DNA from: Methanobacteriota archaeon
GTDB lineage: Archaea; Thermoplasmatota; E2; DHVEG-1
DNA length: 22,089 nucleotides
Assembly: GCA_963769885.1 (NCBI GenBank)
Contig: CAVYNH010000002.1
Coordinates: 1-22,089, forward strand
Reading direction: 5' to 3'
The notes under the pieces: generated by a model
The model's input: only the letters and a program-made list of their open reading frames with translations
Database searches by the model: none
Told to the model about the DNA's origin: nothing
Shown: piece by piece, positions 8,605 to 15,185 of the stretch
Layout of the letters: each line of letters begins with the position of its first letter
How positions within the stretch are numbered: position 1 is the stretch's first letter
Position numbers and translations under genes: made by a program

Positions 8605-9119
8605 AGGTTTGGCGGTATGGCGATGATGTGAACACGGACATGTTGTTTCCTGGGAAGTATACCTATACCTGTAGTACGCCTGATGAGATTAAGCCGCATC
8701 TCCTAGAGGATCTTGATCCGTTGTTCGCGAAGGGTGTGCAGCGGGGGGATCTCATCGTGGCGGGGCGGAATTTCGGCTGCGGCAGCAGCCGCGAGCAGCC
8801 GGTGCTCGGGCTGGTGGCGGTCGGGGTGAGCGCGGTGGTCGCGGAGAGTTTCGCGCGGATTTTCTATCGTGCGGCGATCAACCAGGGGTTGCTGCTGATA
8901 GAGTGTCCGGCGGCGGTCAAGGCGTATCGGACTGGTGCTGCGATTGTGGTGGATGTGCAGTCGGGAATGGTCCATGTGGGGTCTGCGTCGTTTCCGTTCC
9001 CGCGGCTTCCGGCAGAGATTCTGGCGATCCGTGAGGCGGGTGGGCTGTTGCCGTACACGCGGGCGCGGTTGAAGAAGGGGAAGGTGTGTGTTGGGGAAAA
9101 AGAGGGAAATAAAGGGTGA
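8601..9119 (+). CDS. leuD: 3-isopropylmalate dehydratase/homoaconitase-type small subunit (LeuD/HacB family)
   Basis: 172 aa: GDDVNTD, GRNFGCGSSRE, SFARIFYR.AIN.G and AGGLL. ATGA overlap with the large-subunit stop. Confidence 0.9.
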   Translation: MKVWRYGDDVNTDMLFPGKYTYTCSTPDEIKPHLLEDLDPLFAKGVQRGDLIVAGRNFGCGSSREQPVLGLVAVGVSAVVAESFARIFYRAAINQGLLLIECPAAVKAYRTGAAIVVDVQSGMVHVGSASFPFPRLPAEILAIREAGGLLPYTRARLKKGKVCVGEKEGNKG

Positions 9120-9132
9120 GCTGGGGGATTGT

Positions 9133-9309
9133 TTATTCTTGGTCGTAGAGGGCTAGGGTGTCGAAGAATTCGGGTTTGAAGTAGTAGCCGGCGCTGGTTT
9201 TTTCGATGAGGCCGGTGCGCAGGCAGCGGTCGAAGAGTTCGTCGTAGTGAGGGGTGTCCTCGTGGGTCGGGGTTTTTTTACGGGGTGGGGTTTTTTTCTT
9301 GGTGGGCAT
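9133..9309 (-). CDS. Small basic hypothetical protein (58 aa), possible winged-helix-like fragment
   Basis: Below the track length cutoff. MPTKKKTPPRKKTPTHEDTPHYDELFDRCLRTGLIEKTSAGYYFKPEFFDTLALYDQE*. GAGGA SD, TTTAAATA TATA at 9362-9369 and codon usage matching the neighbouring minus-strand gene. Confidence 0.7.
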   Translation of the reverse strand: MPTKKKTPPRKKTPTHEDTPHYDELFDRCLRTGLIEKTSAGYYFKPEFFDTLALYDQE

Positions 9310-9361
9310 GGTGGTGACGTTCCTCGCTATGTTTTAGCATGCGAGGTTTTGGCAGTGATGG

Positions 9362-9369
9362 TATTTAAA
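9362..9369 (-). promoter_or_regulatory. TATA box for the 58-aa ORF
   Basis: TTTAAATA on the minus strand, ~53 nt upstream of ATG 9309. Confidence 0.5.
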
Positions 9370-9424
9370 CGTAGGCGGGGAAAACGTCATCCTGGCAGAA
9401 CGGGGCTGGTGGACAGACGTGATG

Positions 9425-10402
9425 TTAGGGGGCGTCGGTGACGAGGAGTTCTTTGACCGGGGTGCCGTCGCTCCAGAGGCCCATGTACCGCTGCTGGGTG
9501 GTGTTGCCGAGGGCATAGTCGTGGTTGGTGCCGTAGAAGGCGTAGTCGGTGAGGGCGTCGAAGAGCTTCCAGGTGGAGTAGTAGTCCATGGCGTTGACCT
9601 GGGTGGAGTTCTCTGGGCAGACGGGGGCGAGGTGGTCGGCGATGAGGGCGGGGGCGCCGTAGCGGTCGGTACGCTGGATGACGTAGTCCTTGTTCTCCAG
9701 GGGGATCTGGTCGGCGGTGGTGAAGATGAGCTTGGCGGAGGCGTTGCCGGCGATGTGGTCGTCTGCGCCGACGACGAGCAACAGGAGTGTCTGGGCTGGG
9801 ATGTCATGGTAGTCGGTGAGCATGACGTCGGTGCGGACGTAGGGCTGCACGGGCATGACCGCCTTCGGCACCGGGAGTCCGACGGAGGCTGCTTTCGCGG
9901 CCATCTCGGCGGTGATGCCGCCGCCGAGGGAGTGACCGACGATCGCGAACTTGTTGGTGTCCGGGTGGACGTGGCCGCTGGTCTGCAGGATGCGGAGGGC
10001 GTGGTGGACGGCGCGGATCGCATGCACGGTGGAGTAACGGAGGCCGATGATCATGCCGAGCTGGTAGCGGGGGTAGATGACGATGTTGCCGCGGCGGACG
10101 AGGTGTGTGATCCAGGCCTGGTAGTAGTGGGGGGTGACGGCGGAGTAGCCGTGGTTGAAGACGATGACGGGAGCCTGTACGGGGGCGGGGTCGGCGGGTT
10201 CAAAGAGCCAGAACGACCATGCGCCGATGCCGTACTGATGCTCGGTGACTGCGGCGTGCGAGTAGTTGGACGAGCCGGGCCCGTCCGTGGGCTGGCCGGG
10301 CGGGGTCGGCGTAAGCGGCTGTGCCATGGCCAGTGGCGACAGGGTGCTGGGGACGAGGAAAAGCATGACTGACAGGGCCAAGGCCGTGAGACGGTAGTGC
10401 AT
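9425..10402 (-). CDS. Secreted alpha/beta hydrolase (chlorophyllase/cutinase-like esterase)
   Basis: Signal peptide MHYRLTALALSVMLFLVPSTLSPLAMA, VIVFNHGY oxyanion motif, GHSLGG nucleophile, GADD acid and ADH His. ATG 10402 is preferred over the track's upstream TTG. Confidence 0.85.
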   Translation of the reverse strand: MHYRLTALALSVMLFLVPSTLSPLAMAQPLTPTPPGQPTDGPGSSNYSHAAVTEHQYGIGAWSFWLFEPADPAPVQAPVIVFNHGYSAVTPHYYQAWITHLVRRGNIVIYPRYQLGMIIGLRYSTVHAIRAVHHALRILQTSGHVHPDTNKFAIVGHSLGGGITAEMAAKAASVGLPVPKAVMPVQPYVRTDVMLTDYHDIPAQTLLLLVVGADDHIAGNASAKLIFTTADQIPLENKDYVIQRTDRYGAPALIADHLAPVCPENSTQVNAMDYYSTWKLFDALTDYAFYGTNHDYALGNTTQQRYMGLWSDGTPVKELLVTDAP

Positions 10403-10455
10403 AACGTAGCCTCTACTCAAAGAATGAATCCGGTTTGGTTAATAATGTTTTGTGC

Positions 10456-10539
10456 AAGGTAGGCAGATGGGGGCGAACATAGGAGGTGGTGAGGAGAGAT
10501 GGGAAAAATTTAGACCATGTACCCCCATCTAGCAACCTT
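10456..10539 (-). ncRNA. Candidate 84-nt hairpin RNA or structured leader
   Basis: Arms 10456-10473 and 10522-10539 are inverted repeats (15/18 Watson-Crick, plus G-U wobbles only in the minus orientation). A TTTATATA box at 10562-10569 predicts a start at about 10539. Confidence 0.4.
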
Positions 10540-10561
10540 ACGAGGATAGTATACATTTTAG

Positions 10562-10569
10562 TATATAAA
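10562..10569 (-). promoter_or_regulatory. TATA box preceding the candidate hairpin RNA
   Basis: TTTATATA on the minus strand within an AT-rich patch. Confidence 0.5.
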
Positions 10570-10674
10570 TATTATTATGGTTATTTAAAAAAGGGGTTGC
10601 GAAAACGGGGGGTAGCGGAACCAGGCAGCCTTCGCGACAGACCCTCCGTCGACCGTAACAAAAGAACACTGTTT

Positions 10675-12202
10675 TCACGGCATGGCCCGCAGCAGCAGCA
10701 TCGTCCCCACGATTTTCTTCTCACCGTTCACCCACGGTAACAGGGTTTGGGAGAACCGTCGCGACTTGCCGTCTGCACCCGCAAGCTCGACGCGCGCCGT
10801 CCGCGGCGCGCAAGTTGACAGCACCAGCAGCTCCACCGCAGCCAGCTGTGCCGCGTACTCAGCGCCAAGGAATCCGTACTCGCGGCGGTCCAGCAGCTGG
10901 TCCATCGGCAGGTTCGCCCACTTGGCCATCGCCGCGTTCACCACCACGAGTCCGCGCATTTCATCCTTGACGGCGACCAAGTCAGGCAGTGCATCCAGCA
11001 GCAGCCGCAGCAAACTTTGCGAACGTTCCAGCTCCTGCTCCGCCTGCCACCAAATCGTAATATCCCGCGAGATCCCCATCGTTCCGATCACCTCGCCATC
11101 CACCGAGTACCCGTGGGATCTTCGTCACCATCACCCACCGCTCACCGAACGAGTCTACGACTTTCTCTACCTTGTTGACGATTGGCACCCCTGACAGGAG
11201 CACCTGTTGGTCGTCCTCCTGCATCTGTGTCGCCACTTCAGATGGCAAGAAATCCGCGTCCGTCTTGCCGACCATCTGATCCGGCCGGACGCGCGCACGG
11301 TCCGCCTTCGCCGTGTTCACCAGGATGAATCGATGCTGGGCATCCTTGAAGTACACCGAATCCGGGATGTTGTCCAGCAATGTGTGGAACAGCTCATGCT
11401 CACGGGCCCGGGCCCGCTCCGCCTCGTTGCGCGCCGTGATATCCCGGATGATCAACACGAAATTATCCACCTCATTGTCCTTCTTCACCAGGAAGAACGA
11501 GCTGATCTCCACCTCCAGCACCTGCCGCTTCGTCGTCTGAATCTCCGTCGTATAGCACGCGGCCTGCTTCTCCGAATGCAGCTGCTCAAACTCACTGACC
11601 ACCACCGGCAACGACCGAGCCGTCAACAGCTCCATATTGAACAGGTTCTTCGACAGCAGATCCTGCTTCGCGATGTCCAGCAGCTCACACACCCGCGTGT
11701 TCACATCCACGATGTCCCCACGCGCATCCAAGACGATGATGCCATCAGTCGCATACTCAAACAGGCCCCGATACTTCTTCTCGCTCTCCTTCAGCCGCTG
11801 CTCCGCGGTCCGTCGCACCTGGATATCCCAGAGCAGCACGAACATCACGATCCGCGCCTCCATCCGGAACACCGACAGGCTCACCTCCACCGGCCGGCGC
11901 GACCCATCCTTACAGACGCACTCCGTCTCCACGTTCAACCCGCCGCGGGCAGCCAGCTCATCCCGAATCCCCATCCAATCCGTCTCCGGCGGCAGCACAT
12001 CCTGCAGCGACAACCGCGGCAGCTCCCCCCACTCATACCCCAAGAACTCGGACGACCGATGGTTCGCCTCAAGGATCCGCCCGGACAAATCAGCAAGGAA
12101 CGCTGACGCATTCACCCGCTCAAATAACGTCTTGTACCGGTCATGCGCCACCGACGACCGCGGCACATCCTCCGGAGAAAAACTACCCACTGCCTCGGGC
12201 AT
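10675..12202 (-). pseudogene. Multi-PAS (about 4 PAS/PAC) protein with no output domain, split by a +1 frameshift (pseudogene or assembly error)
   Basis: Track ORFs 10982..12208 and 10675..11103 join if one C is removed from the CCC at 11110-11112, giving the PAC motif WVMVTKIPRYSVDGEVIGTMGISRDIT. Repeats seen: YKTLFE..A, YRGLFEYATDGI, LLDNIPDSVYFKD, LLDALPDLVAVKD. Confidence 0.75.
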
Positions 12203-12250
12203 CACCACTCACGCATCCCAACCAACTGGTGCAATAAATCTGCCAGCGGT

Positions 12251-13282
12251 TTATAAACCTGCGGACTCGACCGCCACCCGCCAGACGTCCCCCTGATTCA
12301 GCAGCTCCAGCCGCCGCGGCATGAACTGCTGCAGCACCCAGATGTTCGTCTTCATATGACTGCTGCACTCCCGGACCAGACAGGCCGACGTCTCACGACA
12401 GGCGACCATGTACGGCAGCAGCTGATCCACCGCGTGCGGATCTAACGTCGCCCCCGCTTTGATGTCGGAGATCAACCGTCGCATCGCCGTCTTGCCTACC
12501 TGCTCCGCTGGGAGCTGCCGCTCGCCGAGGACGCCGGCCCCTAAGACCGTCTCCTCGGTGGAAGACCACACCGTAATCCCCACGCCCTGGGACGGTGACG
12601 ACGCCTGCTCCGTCTTCAAGCTCGCTCGGAGATTAGCGGCCGTTGCTTCCTTGATTGCCGCGTGCTTCATCCGCGTCGTGATATGTTCGGGGAGCCCTGA
12701 GCTGTGGATGATGCCCTCAATAACCGAGAATGTCTGCGGGGTATCAACGAGGAATGGCTGCAGCTGGCTCTCAGGCGAGACTGTTAACTCGGCGCGACCG
12801 CCGCCTTTGGGGTAGTAACCGCGTTGCAGGAGGCGCACCTCCGCTCTCACACCCATGCGGCGGGCTAACGGTAGGAACACATGTGCAAAATAGTCCCAGG
12901 ATGGCGCCCAGAGCACGTCTGTGCCGCCAGTCAGCGAAATCGTGAGTGGCCCGGTCGTTCGCAGCCCTCCCAGGAGGCATGCCTGCAGGATCAGGGTGAT
13001 GTTCCCCGCAGTGCCGATGTCAAAGGTATAAGTGCCTGGCCGGACAAGGCCAGGGGAGAATCTAATGGTTCTGGAGCCGATGGACAGCCCGGTGACCTCC
13101 GCGTTGCAGATGGCCTGCAGGCAGGAGATTGCGGTGTAATGCTGTGGGCGTAGGCCGGGGATCGGCCGGTTCGCCCGGATGTTGTTGACCTCGATGGGCG
13201 TCTGGGTGTACACAGAGTACGCGATGGCGGTGCGTAGGATCTGTCCGCCGCCTTCACCGAAGGAGCCATCAATTGTCAGCAT
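12251..13282 (-). CDS. rtcA: RNA 3'-terminal phosphate cyclase
   Basis: True start ATG 13282 (343 aa): IDGSFGEGGGQILRTA, NIRANRP.PGLRPQH, GGTDV, RGYYPKGGG and catalytic LDPHAVDQLL. Confidence 0.95.
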   Translation of the reverse strand: MLTIDGSFGEGGGQILRTAIAYSVYTQTPIEVNNIRANRPIPGLRPQHYTAISCLQAICNAEVTGLSIGSRTIRFSPGLVRPGTYTFDIGTAGNITLILQACLLGGLRTTGPLTISLTGGTDVLWAPSWDYFAHVFLPLARRMGVRAEVRLLQRGYYPKGGGRAELTVSPESQLQPFLVDTPQTFSVIEGIIHSSGLPEHITTRMKHAAIKEATAANLRASLKTEQASSPSQGVGITVWSSTEETVLGAGVLGERQLPAEQVGKTAMRRLISDIKAGATLDPHAVDQLLPYMVACRETSACLVRECSSHMKTNIWVLQQFMPRRLELLNQGDVWRVAVESAGL

Positions 13283-13778
13283 TCGGGCACCGTAAGGGGA
13301 GCAGTTCGTTAAGAAGGATGAGAGCTTCGGTGCAGGCACTGTCTTTGTTCTGCAGCCTGTCACCATGGAACAGGAATCGGCGGACGACGATGGTCTGGGG
13401 GGTGGCGACGGCGACGTAGACGAGGCCGACGGGTTTAGTCGGGGTGCCGCCGGTCGGACCGGCGATGCCGGTGGTGGCGATGCCGTAGTCGACCTTGGCG
13501 CGGGTGCGGATGCCGGTGGCCATGGCTCTGGCGGTTTCTTCGCTGACGGCGCCGTGTTCTTGGATGGTGTGTGTGGGGACGCCGAGGAGTTCGTGTTTTG
13601 CGGTGTTGCTGTAGGTGATGACTCCGCGGTCGAAGTAGTCTGAGCTTCCGGAGATGTTGGTGAGGGTGCTGGCGAGGAGGCCGCCGGTGCAGGATTCGGC
13701 GGTTGCGACTGTGGCGTGGAGTGCTCGGAGTCGTTCAGAGGTTTTATTAAGAAGTTGTTCATCTACCACTTGCGTCAC
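13269..13778 (-). CDS. cinA: CinA/PncC family nicotinamide-mononucleotide deamidase (C-terminal CinA domain only)
   Basis: 169 aa: TAESCTGG, SGSSDYF, YSN.AK, GAVS, TGIAGPTGG and KPVGLV. Overlaps the rtcA start by 14 nt. Confidence 0.92.
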   Translation of the reverse strand: MTQVVDEQLLNKTSERLRALHATVATAESCTGGLLASTLTNISGSSDYFDRGVITYSNTAKHELLGVPTHTIQEHGAVSEETARAMATGIRTRAKVDYGIATTGIAGPTGGTPTKPVGLVYVAVATPQTIVVRRFLFHGDRLQNKDSACTEALILLNELLPLRCPNADN

Positions 13779-13802
13779 CAGCAGGTGGAATCCGTTATTT
13801 GT

Positions 13803-13810
13803 GATATAAA
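13803..13810. promoter_or_regulatory. TATA element between divergent cinA and tRNA-Glu (possibly serving both)
   Basis: GATATAAA (TTTATATC on minus, with GAAACC upstream), ~25 nt before the cinA start and ~50 nt before the tRNA. Confidence 0.5.
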
Positions 13811-13859
13811 GGGTTTCACTCTTTCATCCTTTGTTGTGAGGGTCTGGTGCGCATGGTTT

Positions 13860-13934
13860 GCTCCTGTAGTGTAGTCCGGCCAATCATTCCAGCCTTTCGA
13901 GCTGGTGACTCGGGTTCGAATCCCGACAGGAGCA
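13860..13934 (+). tRNA. tRNA-Glu (anticodon TTC), no intron, CCA not encoded
   Basis: Acceptor stem GCTCCTG/CAGGAGC+A, anticodon arm CCAGC-CTTTCGA-GCTGG and T arm TCGGG-TTCGAAT-CCCGA. Confidence 0.97.
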
Positions 13935-14028
13935 TGCTATTAATTAACACGGTTAGTTTTAAGAAGAAAATGACTATGATTTCAATATCTAAAAGTTCTC
14001 ATCCCTCTTCCCCAGCAATAACTTTTTT

Positions 14029-14919
14029 TCAAAGCTGTTCTTTGGTTGATTGGTAACCAAGTCGACCACGGGTTAGGATGAGAATCAATATTGCTGGTAC
14101 CCCAAAGCCTATCAGGCTTGCCAGGTTCAGTGTGGTCTCGTTAACAGCAAGAAAGAGTGGTATCCAAACAAGTTGTGGGGTATCGATACTGGCATGCATC
14201 AAATTGGAGATGAAAACGCTTCCTCTGGTGTGGTTGAAGACCCAAGTAAAAATGATTGCAAACGCCACAACAATCAGAAAAAAAATTGAGAAGTTTATGA
14301 GGGAGGTAGTCAAGCTGGTGCCTGGTCCTCCTCCATGATTAGGTGTTATGAAGTACAGTAAATGCCAAAAGGCCCACAGGACTCCTAGAAGAAGGGTGCC
14401 CCACAGCGGCCCATAGCGTGGTTGCATACGAGGCAGTGCGAATCCACGCCACCCGATTTCCTCAGGCAGCGCAACTCCAAAAAAGACTACAAAAAAGTAT
14501 GAAGGATAACTAACCAATAAAACAGGTGTTAGACCCTTAAAACTCGCCAACAGGCCTGGCTGAATAATGACCCCAATCAGGATCAGCGTTGGAATGCCTA
14601 GCAGGATGAACATATACCACTGCCAGCCAGCTCTCCGCGGTTTCAGGCGGTCCCGTAAGCGTCGAAGACCCGATTTTCCTTCAGTAATACCAGTCATTAT
14701 AATAGCAGCAAAGGTCGGCCCTACAAAGGGCTTTATGATGTATAGGATTGAGTAATCTCCTGGCAATATACCCCAAACCGAGAGCACATAGGGAAGCGTA
14801 ACAATCCAGGAAAATGCGTATGCCATGAAAAAGAAGAAGAATAGAGGATATCTTTGCATCAACTGTTTTGCGCTGTTTGAACCGGAAACTGATTTACTTG
14901 ATATCTCTGAAGTTTCCAT
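14029..14919 (-). CDS. CPBP/Abi family (CAAX prenyl protease 2-like) intramembrane metalloprotease
   Basis: 296 aa, multi-TM, with EEIGWRG, WAFWH and HASID motifs. A TTTTAAGTAT TATA-like element lies 22-31 nt upstream. Confidence 0.9.
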   Translation of the reverse strand: METSEISSKSVSGSNSAKQLMQRYPLFFFFFMAYAFSWIVTLPYVLSVWGILPGDYSILYIIKPFVGPTFAAIIMTGITEGKSGLRRLRDRLKPRRAGWQWYMFILLGIPTLILIGVIIQPGLLASFKGLTPVLLVSYPSYFFVVFFGVALPEEIGWRGFALPRMQPRYGPLWGTLLLGVLWAFWHLLYFITPNHGGGPGTSLTTSLINFSIFFLIVVAFAIIFTWVFNHTRGSVFISNLMHASIDTPQLVWIPLFLAVNETTLNLASLIGFGVPAILILILTRGRLGYQSTKEQL

Positions 14920-15002
14920 TAAAAAAATAATTGCATCCGTATACTTAAAACTACCTTATCAAAAAATAGTCAAAATCGGGAGATTTATACCCGTGGGTGC
15001 CA

Positions 15003-15018
15003 AATCCCGACAGGAGCA
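15003..15018 (+). repeat. Duplicated tRNA-Glu 3' end (att-like site)
   Basis: Exact 16-nt match to 13919-13934. Confidence 0.85.
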
Positions 15019-15185
15019 CTTGCAAAGGATAAGGCGCATAGAGATAATAATAGAATCGACACGATTCATAACGAAATGAGGATCAAGCGGGTGCACCTGT
15101 TCAAGAGTAAATCCAATTCTAGAAAAAATGATTCAAAATCAATGTAAGAACATAAAAAGATGGATTCAAATGAGCTACGTTTCTC

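Larger units (their letters stand above)
13919..15018. mobile_element. Putative tRNA-integrated mini-island (single-gene cassette, no integrase)
   Basis: A 16-bp direct repeat AATCCCGACAGGAGCA at 13919-13934 (tRNA 3' end) and 15003-15018 encloses 1068 bp that is visibly more AT-rich than the flanking genes. Confidence 0.7.

Noticed and set aside
5528-9119. Aconitase X / phosphomevalonate dehydratase interpretation
   Set aside because: The motifs (CTNGR, CxxC, NRNF, GSSR) are LeuC/LeuD type, not AcnX type.
7297-10372. Long antisense ORFs 7297..8565 and 9419..10372
   Set aside because: They lie antisense to genes with clear family motifs and have no motifs of their own.
10499-10513. Strong SD followed by a MGKI* micro-ORF on the + strand (and track ORF 10486..10740)
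   Set aside because: Only four codons and no clear + strand promoter; better explained as the complement of the hairpin loop, though not fully excluded.
13283-13762. 160-aa Pro/Ser-rich N-terminal extension of RtcA in the track
   Set aside because: It is an alternative frame of cinA; the RtcA consensus begins at ATG 13282.
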